Positions 38,330-53,268 of a stretch of DNA of 64,000 nucleotides are shown piece by piece; the stretch's first letter is position 1; each line of letters begins with the position of its first letter. This stretch comes from Felis catus (lineage: Eukaryota): assembly GCF_018350175.1 (NCBI RefSeq), contig NC_058368.1:70496001-70560000 (forward strand), in the 5' to 3' direction. The notes beneath the pieces were generated by a model. That model saw nothing but the letters and a program-made list of their open reading frames with translations, was not told where the DNA came from and made no database searches. A program made the position numbers and the translations under genes.

Positions 38330-40436
38330 TATCAGTACCTTTATTTTAGAAGAAAAGCTATATTTCTCAAGATAGAGATAGAGCCACCAGAACCTCCAGG
38401 TTCAAAGTGATCACATTAATGTGTTTAGAATGATAGATTAACTGAATTGAATGAATAGATATTTTAAATCTCTTCTCTCCTTTGCTTCTTATTAAAAAAT
38501 ACTTTGTGAAATTGGTTTGGTTATATCTGTTTTATTGGTAAGAAAACAGATTCTCAGACTAAGAAATCTGCCCAGGAGTATGAGATTCAGTTGACAGAGT
38601 TGGAATTTTGACCTAGATCACTCCTAGATCTAAAAAACAGAGTAGAAGTAGAAGTTGACAGGTTCATAGTTCATCCTGTTTATCAGTTTGCAGAGGATTA
38701 TGTTTCTGAGTATTGATCACAAGAAATGTTTAGGCGTTCTCTCCTAATGAATTTCTCTTTATAAAGTCTACTGTGTAACTAAAGCCTTTGGAATTTCAGT
38801 CCTGTTTCCTTCCCAGTCTCTCTCCCCCTTCTATTCCTCCCACCCCCCTCACCCTTTAACTTTTCCCCACCCTTCTTTGCTCACCCTTAGTTTTTCTTCC
38901 CCCCTTCCAGCAATACCTACTGGCATGGCTGGACTTACCAGAGATTTTAATAAGTAGGTACTAAAATGTGATTACACCAAGCAAAGTTTACTAATGAAAG
39001 AGAAGTTTCTGAACACTTATTTAGAATGAGAGATATGAGATAATAGCCTCAGCTCAAAGGTGACTTCTTGCAGAAGCTTTTTTTGAGCAGCTTGACCTCA
39101 GACTAGGTCACAGTCTCTTGAGAGATTCTTTCCTAGAACACTTCTCACAGCACTCACTACCATTGAAATTGAATAATTCATTGTATCATGAATGGTTTAA
39201 TCGTCTCCTCCACTAGAATATACGCTTTATGCAAGCAGACCATGTCAGTTTCACTGCTGATCATGCTTCAGTTAGCTGATTGGCTCCACATAGTGAGCAC
39301 CTGTGTTAGCTGGATGGGTGAATGGATGGTGGATAGATGCACAGAGTAAATAAATGGATGAAAAGGCATTCGTCTTTTGATTGCATTTCTTCTGCTTTTG
39401 TTTGGACTATTGCAGGAGCTTCCTAACTGTTCTCAGTGTTACCATCTCAAAGCTATTATCTGTATTGTTCCACACTCCCCTAGGTTATCACCAAAGGAGA
39501 TCTTATCTTATTCCTTTCCGCCTTCAGAAACCTGTGACTTCCCACTGCTATTTGTTAGTAAGGCATCTCAGAGTTGAGTTCCAACCAACCTCTGTAGTCT
39601 CGTTTTCTCTCATTCCCCCCCCTTATACTCTACACACCAGCTACAGAGCATTATTCACCACAACCTATCACTCCTGTGTCATCTCACATCTCACTGAATT
39701 TACGTATGTAGACAGTCTGCTTGAAGTGTCCTTTCTCCCTTGCTTGGCAGATTTTACTTATCCTTCAAGACTTACCTTGGATATCTCTACTCTGTGGAAC
39801 CCTACGCCAGCCAGAATCCATCACTCCTTCCTTTGTGATCACGGGTGACTTTATCCTTACAAGTTACACATAACATTTATTATTTAGTTTTGTAATTATT
39901 TACCTAATTGACCCCCCTCTCAACTTGATGCTTTCTAAAGATCAGGCTCTTCCTCTCTTTTATGGCTCTCAGTATGGAGTGTCTGGGAGACAGCATGGAT
40001 TAGTGAAAAGAGTGTTCTTTAATACCAGAGAGATGTGGCTGTGATTGAAATTTTGGTCGGCCACGTGATAGTTACTTGAATTATTCTTTTGTACTAATCC
40101 CCTTTCTTTTTCTTTCTCTCTTTCAGTGAGTCAGAAAAATATAAGTATTGAATTTCAAATTTAAGTTTAGTGGCATTTTTAAAGGATTAAAACATGGATT
40201 TATAAAATTATTTCTAACATCTTATCTAAAGAGAAACATAGAATTCATTAATTCTTAGGTTCTCAGGGTATCTTTTTTCCTAACCAAAGTTTCCATCTCT
40301 CCATTGGTTCAGTATTTGGGTGTGTAATGCCCTTGTCTAACATCATCTGTTAGGAGTCAGTGAGGACACCCATTCGTATCCCAGGCACTGTGTGCCACCT
40401 TGATGTCACTTTAATCCTCAGAATAATCCTCTACTG

Positions 40437-40635
40437 GGGCACCTGGGTGGCTCAGTCGGTTGAGCGTGTGACTTCTGCTCAGGTCATGATCTCATGGTTC
40501 ATGAGTTCAAGCCCCATGTAGGCTCACTGCTGTCGGCACAGAGCCTACTTTGGGTCCTTTGTTCCCCCCCTCTTTCTGCCCCTTCCCTGCTCTCTCTCTC
40601 AAAAATAAATAATGGAAAACATTAAAAAACAACAA
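40437..40635 (+). mobile_element. CAN-SINE
   Basis: Degenerate TSD agaa(t/g)aatcct(c/g)tac. Confidence 0.88.
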
Positions 40636-41135
40636 CAGAAGAATCCTGTACAGTAGGAACTACTATCCTCTCCTTTGAGAAAACAAGCTCAGAAACTTGA
40701 GCACCATTTTCTGTAAAGTGATGAAAGTAAAATCGTGATGTTAGAAGATAAGTAAGGAGAGGAAGCGGCTTCTGTTGCCTCACTTATGCATTTGATACTG
40801 TCCCAGGAGCGATTAGGAAACAAAGTTGCTACTCTGTGTAATCAAGATATTAGTAATGTTTGAAGCCCAATGTCTTCAGAGTCCAATAAAATGGCATTCA
40901 GAGTTTCTTACCTTGGAGATTGTTGGTTAATTGTGGAAGGAGACTTGGGCTTTTCACACTGCAGGGATTTCATTGACAATTTCAGTGGTCAGAGCGGCTT
41001 TCCAGAGGATGGATTTAATGTATCCTGTTTGAAAGGGTCTGTAGACTATCATCAGAGGTTATGAAAAGCCACATGAGCCTTGATTTTATATATGAATGTG
41101 AGGACAAAGTTAACCTGTGTGAGGCATAGTTAACC

Positions 41136-41356
41136 CAGTTTTCTCAACTTTGGTCAGCACTTTTAGCTGCATAGTTCTTTGCTGTAGGGGGCTGTGTTGT
41201 GAACTTTGGGGTGTTCAGTGACATCCCTAGACTCCACCCACCAGATGCCAGTAGCAACCCCTCCCCCCACCCAATCATCACAGCTAAAAATGCCTCCAGA
41301 TCTTTCCAGATGATGCTTGGGGTGGGGGCAAAATTACCCCTGATGGACAGCCGCTG
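41136..41356 (-). mobile_element. MER20 (hAT-Charlie non-autonomous DNA transposon)
   Basis: cagttttctcaac...ccacccaccagatgccagtagca...gggggcaaaattacccc...ccgctg matches the MER20 reverse complement as recalled. Confidence 0.8.
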
Positions 41357-43124
41357 ATCTAAACTGAGCTTTTACAGCACTTCCCACCTCTGTTTTGAAA
41401 TCCCATAACATGCATGGTGCTGAGTGGTAAACAGAACCTTGAAGAGAGCCCACACCCTTGAGTTGCTGATGGCCTGTGAAGCTTGTTGAGATCTTTTGAC
41501 TAGGTACAATATTTCTAGTAGGTGACTGAAATAGCTTTGGTTGAGGCTATTAGTAAAAATTTGTTTCAAAGAAGTTTAACATCTGTTTTCATTTCTGCTT
41601 TTGTAACTTGCTTTGCTACTCAATTCCTTTATTTTAGATGTCTTCCTCTTAGAACTTAAAATATTTGAGTATATGTCAGAATTTCCAATTTAATGGGAAA
41701 TGTTTTATTTGAGCAGAAATAAAAAATATTAGTAACATCAACTTAGGGTAGGACAGTGGAAAGTTTAATGTTAAGCTGAGATGACAGCAGAATAGATAAT
41801 AGTGAAGGGAACTTGAAGTCTGGTGTATTCAAGATTTACTTCCTGTTCTTGTTTATCATTGGAAAGTTGCACCTTATGAAAGATTTGAGATTCAGATCAT
41901 TGCATTATTCTAAGAAAAAAAAAAGTCAAAATGCTAACCACGTCTCGGTAACCATAGCAAAATATACAGCACACAAAAATAATCTATACCTATCTTAGGG
42001 TTGAATTTTTTTGTATGCAATCTATGCTGAGTTCTGAAGTATCTCATGTGCTTTTATTATCTGACGTCAAAGGGAAAAAGGCTTTCTCAGTTAGGAGAGC
42101 ACAGGCATGCCTGCCAGTTGAAGTAATAGAATCAACTCGGGTTTATTTAGCGGAAAGGGAGTTTGTAATTAATGCAGATCAGAGAATGTCTGGAAGGGCA
42201 AAAGAACCAGTCATGGATGCACCGAAGCCAGAAAAACACTCAAAATAATCCCCTCCCCTAAACTGATACTATTTGTTTACTCAATGGTTAATGGTGGCTT
42301 GTAGAACCTAAGATGAATTCACCAGGACAAGTTGGTCTGTATTAATTTCAGCTCTCATGCTGGTGCCTGGAACAGTGCTAGGTTCATAGTAAACCCTAAG
42401 TAAACATTTGTTGTATAAATAAGTTAACATAAGGATATGTTAATGTTAGCAACAACATGGAGAAAAAATACAGAGTAGCATTATGAAATGTTAATATTAT
42501 ATATTCTATTTGGAGATTTTTTGGATAGCAGGATTTATTCTTTTTTTTAAGGAATCTTGATAAATACATATTGAATAACTATTTTGTACCCTAGAGTGTT
42601 ATTGTCCATATGTTCGTGATTTAAATGAACGTCCACAACAATCTTACAAGAGTGGATGTTAGTCTCACTGTGTCCGTGAGAAAGCAGAGGTTCTGAGAAT
42701 TGATTGAGTCACTAGGGTCATGTCTGCGTATTTAACAGGCAGAGCCTAGATTGAAATTCATGCCTGTCTGACTCTTAACTCAGACATTTCCTTTTGTGTA
42801 ACACAGTTTAATGCATTTTTTTAAGGTAAAAAATGTAGTTCATGGTTCTCTCTTTGCTGCACTAGAAAGTAATTTGAGTGTGTAAATTCACCAAACTGGC
42901 ACTTCCTATATACATTTTCAACTGCAGTGTTGCAGATGTTTATAAAAGTAGATGTTAGTGTCTAAAGACAGCTGTTAGATTGTATTCAAATTTTGTTGCT
43001 AAAATGAGAAGTACAAAATAAGCACATGCTGCAAGAAACTTTTCAGATTGGGAGACTATGCCCCATGGAACAGGTTCTGAAAAAGTACTAACTACATGCC
43101 ACTGCAGTTATTTGGCTATTAATT

Positions 43125-43198
43125 TTCTTTTAATTTATGTTTTATTTATTTTTATATTTTTGAGAGAGAGAGAGAGACAGAGTGCGAGCAGGGGAGGG

Positions 43199-43241
<43 letters not shown>

Positions 43242-44295
43242 GAATCTGAAGCAGGCTCCAGGTCTGCTGTCTGCACAGAGCCTGGCATGGGGCTTAAACT
43301 CGTGAACCTCAACATGACGAGCCAAAGTTTGGACGTTTATCCAGCTTAGTCACCCAAGCACCCCTATTAATTTTCATTTAATAGAAGAAACTGTGCTATT
43401 CCTCTTCAAGCTCCCCAGTGCTGCCACTACATTTTATACTTAAAAACCATTTTTTTTAATGCTTATTTATTTTTCACAGGGAGAAAGAGAGCAGGGGTGG
43501 GGCAGAGAGATTGGGAGTGAGAGAGGGAGGATTTGAAGCAGGCTTCTGTCAGCACAGAGCCCATTGCAGGGCTGAAACTCACGCCATGAGATCATGACCT
43601 GAGCCGAAGTCAGCCCATCACCTGACTGAGCCACCCAGGCACCCCCCAAACATTTTTGAAGTAATTCTGGCTTATAGAAAAGTTACAGGAAGAGGACAAA
43701 GAACTCCCTTAGCCCATAAACCCGGATGTCCTCATTATTAACATTGTTTACATTTGCTTTGTCATTTTCTATCTATCTGTGTATGGTATTTTCCCCGAAT
43801 CATTCGAGAGCAAGTTGTAGATGTAATGACCCTTTATGCCTAAATACATCAGTATGTATTACTTTATTCATATTTGGCAATTGTCCAAATAACGTCCTAT
43901 TTTATAGCAAAAAGAAAAAAAAATCTGGTCTGTGGTCCAGTCCATTATTACATTGTGCATTTAGTTGTAATGTCCCTTAATTCTTTAATCTGGAACATTT
44001 CCCATTCTGTCTTTGTCTTTTATGACCTTGACATTTTAAGGAGTATAAGCCAGTTACTTTACAGAAGATGGACCTTATTTTTTTTTTAATTTTTTTTTAA
44101 ACGTTTATTTATTTTTGAGACAGAGAGCATGAATGGGGGGAGGGTCAGAGAGAGAGGGAGACACAGAATTGGAAGCAGGCTCCAGGCTCCGAGCTGTCAG
44201 CACAGAGCCCGACGCGGGGCTCGAACTCGTGAACCACGAAATCATGACCTGAGCCGAAGTCAGACGCTTAACCGACTGAGCCACCCAGGCGCCCC
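43125..44295 (-). mobile_element. Three antisense CAN-SINEs (43125-43364 with (CA)n, 43450-43647, young copy 44081-44295)
   Basis: SINE bodies; the last has TSD aagatggaccttatttt. Confidence 0.9.
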
Positions 44296-47200
44296 AAGAT
44301 GGACCTTATTTTAATAATGCGTTAAAATTAAAGTTTTAAAAATGAAGCATTTTTATTTAAAATTTCATTTAAAAATGAAGCAAAAATAATTTGTACTTCC
44401 CATGGTTTTTTTTGGTATAACCTGTTAAAGCTTTTTATTATGAAAAATTTCAGTCACAAAAGCAGAGAGAATAAGAAATGAGCCCGCTTACCCAGATTTA
44501 ATAATTAACATCTGTTCCCCCAAAAACAAAGTAATTTAAGTATTTTGAAGCAATTTCAAGACATAATATTTTCTTTCATGTTCTAAAAAATAGTTTAGTG
44601 AGTTCTAAAAAATAACATTTTCTTGTATAACTATATTATTTTACCTAACAAAATTATTTGTAATTTCTTAATATTATATACTGCAAAAACTATGTTCAGA
44701 TATCTTCTGTTACTTAGAAGCCCTTTTATACTTGGTTTTGCACTTGACTGTGATGTCTTATTTCTTCTTTTTAAAGTTAAATACGCCTTCCTCCCTTTTG
44801 GTAGAGTATTTTGGTATTTTCTGTGGTATGATGGATACACTGAGATTGGCTTGCTCATTATCTGTTGCATGGTCCTCCTAGGGTACCTGCACATAAAGCA
44901 GAGGGTGGAAAGCTGAATGCTTTATTTCTTAAGCCCCCTTGCATCCAGAGTTCTGGGTATGATTTAGGCTCTACCAGTCAGAAGAACTTGTATGGTGCTT
45001 ATCGAGTTCAGTGTGAGCCAGAGCAGGAGCATATAGATACCAATTTTGTGGTCTAGTTCTACAGACCCAACAGAGCTCTCGAGGCTATAGTTCATACAAC
45101 TTCCTGGTTCCTAGATTCTACTGTAATGATGTAATGACTTCCTGATTTCCCAGGGTCCTGAATGTGGCAGAGGAAGCCGTCTTCCAGGTAGACTAATTGT
45201 TCTGTGATTGCTCCTGGAGGCACAGTCTGGACCTGCCCTTCTAGCCCTTTCAGCAGTTTTATAAGTACCTAAATCTGTGTACTAAGTCTTTTTTTTTGCC
45301 CAAGACATCTTGAGAGCTATTCTGTTATCTGTAAGTAAATCTTTGCTGATAGGACTAGTAATCAAGAAAATTCGACTTTTACATTTGACTTCAAATGTAT
45401 GTATACAAAGTGGTGTACCTGACTCTAAAATACCTAGATTTGAACTGGAACATGGTTTAAGGAAAAGGAAGTGGCCCTTTGTGTTAGGAGATCAATGGAG
45501 CATTATGTGTGTGTGTGTCTGTATGTTTATGAAACACAGTCTTTTCATGTGGATTTCTAGTATAGCCTGTTCTTTGCTGGTGACTTTGTCACCAAAAGCC
45601 ATCTCTTACTAGGACTTCTTGAAGGGCTGTTGAGACCATTCTTCCATGTGATCTTAAAATATGAATGTGACCCCATGTGTCCCATTCCTGTCTTTTTTTT
45701 TTTTTTTTTTTGTATGATTTGGGTTGTGCAGCTCACTTGATTAGAGACAACATAGCCACTTGATATATGCCACCATCTTTCTCTCTCAATCCTTGGTCAG
45801 TCCCTTATTTTCTGCTTCCACCCTTAACATACCAAGAGTATGGGAATGTGTTGGAGACTACACTTACCAGGTTTTAAAATATATTACAAAAAAGTTTCAA
45901 ACATACACAGATGCAGAGAGAATACTATGATTAACATGTACGCATCACCTTATTGGCATTTTGCCGAACACACAAGTTTCAAATTGTTTGACAACTGGAT
46001 CCTTAATGGGATACTTTTTTTCTTTCCATGTGCCATTTTATCATTTGCTTCCTCAGTTCTGCATGGCCAAGACCTACAGCATCTTTCAGCTCTGCCCCTG
46101 CCTCCGACTGACTGGTCTCTCCCTGGGTGTCTCCAGAGACCTGAGTGCATGGGTACAGGCACAGCTGAAGGCCATGTCCCGGGTAGAGCATTTACCAGGT
46201 TGTGGGACTACAAACAGGGATGCTTTGATTTCCTTGTTCTGTGAGTATTGTGTGTATGGGTCTGTTTTGATGATGCCTTCTTAACAGCTCTTCTTTAGGT
46301 AAAGCTAATAACACTCAAAATTCATGACCTTTCCTTGCTCTTGATCCTTTAACAGGGAAAAGAGGCAGTCATACACAAGCACTTGTGATATTTTCCTTAC
46401 CCTCTTGAGTTGTAATATGTGTATGGTAAGGCAGTGTGTAATCTAGTTGTTATATCATTTTTCAAACCCGAATGCAGGCAGTAACCTCATATATTTTCAC
46501 TATATATGTTTAAAAAAAATGCCTGTGTTTCACAGACGTAAGGGGAAAAATTGTAGAACTGGTGCCCTCCCGCAATAAGAACACATCACGATGTTACCAT
46601 TTTTAGAGCTCGATTAAACCTTGTGTAGCCTCCTTGTAGTTTCATTCTGACACATTTTGTTTTCTTCTCAAAACCTGCGTGGGAAAAGTCTTTCTTAAAA
46701 GTATAGAAATCAGGAATAAATATTCTCACACTCTGAGAAAACTGATAAAAGCCAATCAAATGCTACTTGAATTCTTGGTTTGGATCCATTGTAGTAGGTA
46801 GCCATGTGGGGCCGAAGACTAAGGTGCCCAGGAGTGGCTTGCTGTGTAGTTGACTAGACAAGACATTGAAAAAGCATTATTAGCAGCAAGAAGCCACAGA
46901 GTAGGTATGCAAATAAAGACAAAAAGAAAGTCTTTAAAACTTCTGAGGAAGATAAACTATTGAAGAATAAGATCATGTATTTTCCTATATACGTTACCCT
47001 CTTATATGGTTTCTTCTTTCTAACAGCTGCAGTGTGGCAGAGATTTCTTTGAGGTAGAGCAGTCTGGATGTGTATTATCAGGGAGACATTAAACAAATGT
47101 ATGTGTCATACATTGCTTCCTTGTATGTGGAAGGAAGAGGAAAAGCTAGGGGCACTCCTCGTACTCGCAACAGAAAACCTTTCTTTTTGGAAAGGGAATC

Positions 47201-47579
47201 CTGACTGATTTCAGTGTCATTCCAGTTTCCAACTTAGTATACTTTTCATGGTCAATATTTCAATATGAAGCATGTGTTATCTATTGCTGTCTAGTAAGTT
47301 ATGACAGGCAATAATAAAACTCCTCGTGCGTCATACTTTAATAGTACAAATCATATAGTAAGTTCAGCTAATATTTGATGACCTGTAGTCAACATACATT
47401 TTATGAGCATTATCAATGTGCAAGATGCTGTGCTTGGAGTTACTCAGAATAGAAAGAAGGAAAATTCAAGGTCTCTGCCCCAGAGGAGCTTGTGTTTTGT
47501 TTGAGGAATGTAAGCATAATGCACATGAAATAATAGATCATGGGCAGTGTGATGTTGGCAAAGAGTTTACACATTATCT

Positions 47580-47795
47580 TTTTTTTTTTTTGAAATGTTT
47601 ATTTTTATTTTTGAGAGCGAGTGAGCCCCTGTGTGCACATGAGTGGGGGAGGGGCAGAGAGTGGGGGACAGAGGACCTGAAGCAGGCTCTGCGCTGACCG
47701 TAGAGAACCCGATGTGGGGCTTGAACTCAGGAACCCTGAGATCATGACCTGAGCCAAAGTCAGACATTTAATCGACTGAGCCACCCAGGCGCCCC
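47580..47795 (-). mobile_element. CAN-SINE
   Basis: Full SINE body. Confidence 0.88.
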
Positions 47796-48839
47796 TCCAT
47801 GTTATCTAGTGCTGTTGTTTCACTGATAAGAAAACTGAAATCTAGAAAGGCTAAAAGACTGGACAGAGGTAGTTAGCTGATTAACAGTCAAACCAGAACC
47901 AGGCCCCAGGCTTCCAGGCCAGTACGTTTTCTCTTTTCTTTTATTATAGGATAATATACATCTAAAGTTAAAACTCTGTGGCATTGGCTATATAAAATCC
48001 AAATTAGTCGAGGAAAGGAAGATGGGTGGCTGTCAGCAGTCCAAGAAGAATTTAAGGAGGAGGTATGATTGGGATGTGAATATAAAGAATAAATAGAGGA
48101 AGCAGAATAATCCAGTGATTGAGAACCAAATATTTGTTGTGTTCATGGTACAGAAACAAAACCAACTCCGTTAACTTGAAAGGTACATGTTGGGCAATAG
48201 AGGGAAATTAGGTTGCAGGGGCTTGCAAGTGTGGGAGAGGAACATGGACTTCGTGTGGTAGATCATGGGGAACTGTTCTCAGTCCTGGAGCATGAAATGA
48301 CACAATGAAAGTGGGATTAAGGAAGATTATATTTGTTTGCCAGGAGAACTGAATAGTGTCTGTATTTTTCTTTTCTTATGCTCTGTTTATTGGTCTGTTT
48401 CATTCTAAGTAGATTAAATACTGTATTAGTCAGAAAACCAGCTTATGTTATAGCCACAAATTAACCTGAAATCTCGGTGGCTAAATACATAAGTGTATTT
48501 CTTACTTGCACTCCTTGGCCAGCACAGGTGGGTGGGGTATGAGGTGGGAAGTTCTCCATTTACTCATTCAGGGATCTAGACTAACAAAGATTCCCACCAT
48601 TTAGAACATCTTTGGTCACCGTGGCAGGAAACAAGAGGGGAATGGAATATCTATCACTGCTCTCTAACACTTCAGCCTGGAAGTGACATATGTCACTTTT
48701 GCCCCCAACCCATTGGCCAGAAGTAGTCACACATATTCCCCTAAGGGAATTGGAGGGTATTTCATCGACAGTGTCTCTTCTTTCCCAAGACTCTTTGAAG
48801 ATCTGGACGGTATAACTTTACTTGTTTAAGAGAAATAAT

Positions 48840-49018
48840 ACAGTAATTAAGAGGGCAGACCCTGGAATTTGACTGCCAGGGTCTAGAGCCTGGCTTCCCC
48901 GCTTATAGCTGTGTGACTTTGGGCACTGTACTCAGTTTCTCTGGGACATAATTTCCTTGTCTGTAAAATAGGGATAGTAATGAGATGAGCCTCACAGAAA
49001 TACTATGAGGCTTGAATG

Positions 49019-49085
<67 letters not shown>

Positions 49086-49150
49086 GAGAGAGAGAGATGA
49101 TATATATGTATGCATATTGCTCACAGTATTATGCCATGTAACTGTTAGCA
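48840..49150 (+). mobile_element. MIR containing a (GT)n microsatellite (49021-49076)
   Basis: tagctgtgtgactttggg...tttccttgtctgtaaaataggga. Confidence 0.75.
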
Positions 49151-51364
49151 AGCATTTGTTGTTGTTGTTACTACTCTGCTGGCTTCCAGTATAGCATCTG
49201 AAAGGAAGGCTAGTTTCTGACTGCGGTTGAGGGGCTGGGGGAAAGACGCTGTAGTAAATTTAGGTGTGAGATGCCAGCATCTTTTCATCCCAGAAGAGAT
49301 GGGCAAAGGAACATGCATAGAGGGACACTCAAGCAGCAGTCACTGGCTAGATCCCACAGATGACAGGAGGGCCATCAGGAGTGGGTGTCTGAGAGAATGA
49401 AGCTTGAGTTTGCAGAGAAATTGGAAGCCCTGCAGGAAAGAGGGTGCATGGAAGCCCTGATGTTCTGGTGGAGGATGCCGGAGCCACAGGAAGGCACACA
49501 AGGCGGTGGGGGGGAGAGCCATCTCTTAATGGACCTGCTTCTGTAAGCGGGGACATGCTTGCACTCACAGTCAACCTCCAGGCATGGGGGTTGGATGCTG
49601 TGGATTTCATTCCTGACTCTACCTCTCCATGTGACCTGGCACTTGATGTCCCTCATCACCAAAATGGAGATAATAATTGTCCCCATCTCTTAGGGCAATG
49701 AGAAGTAAGTGAAATAAATAATGCCTGTCAAATGCTTGGAAACGTGGCATGAAGGAAGGACTCAATAAATGTCCTTTTTAGCTAATGGAGCTTTTATTTT
49801 AAAAGAAATTTAGGGATTATCTTTTAAATGACCATTTTCTCAGAGTTTGATCTAAACAGACCTACACTGGCAGGAGTTCTCACGAGTGCTGTTAGCCCTC
49901 CCTGGATTTGAAAGAATGGGCCGTGTTGTCACCAGATCAGCTTTTCAATTTTTCATTCTGCCCTGAATGGTCAGTAGGCAAATGTTTTTAACTTTGCAAA
50001 GAGTAACAAATTACAATGGGCTAAAGAGTGATCAAAATAGACCATTTTAAAAACCAATTTAAGATCAGTGCTTCCCCTTTTAAAATTGTCTGGTACTTTT
50101 TACTGATTGGTAGGAGTCACTGCCCTTGCCTCTTGAAATATAAAATTATTTCCAAACAGAATGTATTCTGTATCTAGATTTAAATTGGCTTGTTGAGTCA
50201 TCAGCTCTATTTTTTTAATATGCCTAATTTAAATTCAGAGTCTTAGAGGATCACTGTCTTCAATTACACATATGCTCTAGTATATATACTTTAGTACATG
50301 TAATTAAGCATGTAAGGCATGTCTTTTCATTGAAAATTAAGAACTTCACAGATATTTCAGTGGAGCTTTAGAATTTTGTTGGTAATAGTACAAAACAGGT
50401 GCTATTCAGTTAGATGGATATTTGAGAATTTTTTGTGAGCCAGGCTGTATACCAGGTGCTGTGCACATAACAGATGGTATCCTTGTCTTCATGGAACTCA
50501 CAGCCCAAACAAGTTTATAATCTACCTACTGCTGACTTTTTGTCCTATTTAGGAATTAGACGATCTCCTGGCATATAATAAAACAGTTAAGCCTTCTAAT
50601 ACTTTTTCAGGGTCTGTGTGATGCAGTTCTGTCTACTTTGTGGCTAGGATATAGACTTAGGGTTACATTTCCAATGTTGCCTCTCATTTACCAGGTGCCT
50701 TTTCTGAACTTGGGTTTCTTTATAAAGTCTGAGTGATACTATGTGCTCATCCTGTTTCACAGGAATATGAAAAGGAAGACGTAAAGTATGGACTGTTTTG
50801 TAAATTATTGAGCTTGTGACGTATAACCAATATTATTTCTAACATCTAACATTTACTATTCTATACCATCTATACTATTCTATACTGTCATTGAAGAGTT
50901 GATGCATTTATACTGATTCAAACTAAATAGCTTTGAGGTTTTTTATTTTAAACTAACCAAATATCTTTTTAGGAAAAAAAATTATGGAGAGATAAATATG
51001 ATTAGCTGCTGTAAAACTGTCAGCTTTCCTAGATGAGTTTTTCTAGTTCGAGATGATAATTTAAAGTTGTTAATAACATATCACCTGATTCATACAGAAA
51101 ATACTTACAGGTTTGTGATTTTCAAACAATGTGTTGTATATAAGGCCACTCCTTTGTTCTGTAGCAGAATACAAAAATTATACAGCACTGTGTCCCTGTT
51201 CTCCAAGTTTACCTACTCCATGAGGGAAATAAATGTAAAGCCAACTAATAATACAAGACAGTGGAAGGGTGCCCAGAGGCCATGGGTAAACTATGGCTTC
51301 ATGAATAAAATAGGCAATAAGGGCCTTTTGAAGGAGAGTGAATAGTTGAATTTGCCTGAGTACC

Positions 51365-51402
<38 letters not shown>

Positions 51403-52749
51403 AGTTGGAGATAGGTTTAAAGTTTACCTTTTTGGCAATATGACTACTGATTGGGGAAAATCATTTGTATGGATTTGCGGTATATTTGAGGCAGGAAGCA
51501 GAAAACTAAACAGATAAAAGAGTGTGGTATTTCTTGGCTGAGTGACATAGATGTTTACTTCCTTGTTTGAAGGATCTTAAGATCCTCAGCACAGAGAGAG
51601 GACTTTCTCATCTGCTGCAAAGCCGCCGGTCGGCTCATACATAAACTGGTCTGTGCTCAAATGTTGTCACAGAATTTGTGCACCATACAGACGCTCTGAA
51701 GTTAAGGAGGCTTTGTTTCAGGTTTTCCTTCAGTTGCTTTCATAATTGTTTTGGGATCCAATGCAAATGACCCTGGAAGTGCCACCTTGCATAACATGTA
51801 GTCTTCTGCTCTTTCTTACGCTTCACGTTTGGAGGTTTATGTGTGGAGTGAGGAAAAGGCCCTCACATCCTGACTTCCATCCATGTTGTCTCACCTGTCT
51901 CCATCAGCTGTTACAAAGATCAGTGCCTTCTTTTAGTCAGAGGCTTCAAGGTCAGCAGCTCTTTGTGAAATTCACATAATACAAATCCGAAAGTACTCAG
52001 TAAATGGTGTAACCATAGAGATAAATTTTCTTACTGGATCAAAGTTGAAAATGAGTAAGATAAGAATTCAAAAGAAAAGATTTCCAGGATATAAAGCCTA
52101 AAAAAAATTTTAAGCATGACTTATGATGTAGCATTTAATTTCTGTATGTTCCATTATCAAAATTGGTATCGTTACTAACATAAATACTGCATTGGGGCAA
52201 CTTGAGGATTCAGTAAAACAAATTTGAGCCGGCAGACAGGGTGAATGCACTTGCAAAGGTCATGCTACTCATGCTCAGGTGTTTATGTGAACAAATGTAT
52301 AAGGTTGTAAAGAGTCCTGGGAGCTCTTCAAGTTTATAATTTTGCATTTTCCCCTATCTTATTTAGGCAAGCAGTAGCTATACCTCCTGCTGCTCATCCT
52401 TACCCTTTCTGGTAACCCAGACCATTGAAATGCAGAGGAGGGAACTACCAACCTATGAATAAAAGAGGAATGATCCCCTAAACCCAAGCATATTTGCAAG
52501 TTTTTTTATTCCCAACCAGAATTCAGCAAGTGGACACTCCTCTCAGTGTGTACCTCCACATAAAATCCTTGTCATATTCCTGAGCTGTGGACCCTTAGCT
52601 ACTGGCTGCTTGGGAAGAGAGCTCAATGCTCTCATCTGCCTCAGTCACCATCATTATAATGTTGCCATCCGAATCTATCCACTGCTAGTTCTGTTCTCTC
52701 CTTAAGTAAGCATTGAAAGACACACTCTTAATTTTGTAGCATCCTGCTC

Positions 52750-52755
52750 TTTATT
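52750..52755 (-). terminator. Candidate GPR183 polyadenylation signal AATAAA
   Basis: TTTATT on the + strand, about 515 nt past the stop, after an AU-rich 3'UTR. Confidence 0.55.
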
Positions 52756-53268
52756 CCAAAAGAGTTCTTTGAAACAAAATTTTATGACTCAGAACAAAAG
52801 AAAAGAAAATGCTGATATTATCAAGGAGATTAAAGTCTAAGATTGAAAGAAGTGTGGGTCAAAGAAATATGTTAACAAAAAGAAACATGTTACAATATTG
52901 ACATTTTTACACTGGCAATATACATTCCTACAGTCTTTTTTTCTTTTGCCAAATTATTGGTAGGAAATACTGATGTTTAAATTTGTCATTAACATAAAAA
53001 GCTTTTTATACTGAGAGATATTAAAATAACCTCCCTTTTGGTATAGTATTTTATTTACACATTAGAACTTTGCTTTATGTTGTTTTCTTGAGTATAAAAA
53101 ATAATATATACCAGTTTACTTCCAATTTGGAGGTGGGAGCTCATGCCCCATGAAAGGAATTTACAAGAATCCTAACTGGAAGTTGAACAATCGTTTTGCT
53201 TTATAAGAAAAGTCCACCAAAGTTCATCATGCGGTCTCTTTGCTATAAACTCAAGATTTAATTCGTTT

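Noticed and set aside
45840..46284. Four overlapping ORFs and a possible + strand acceptor, considered as a UBAC2 exon
   Set aside because: No recognisable homology to UBAC2 or any other protein.
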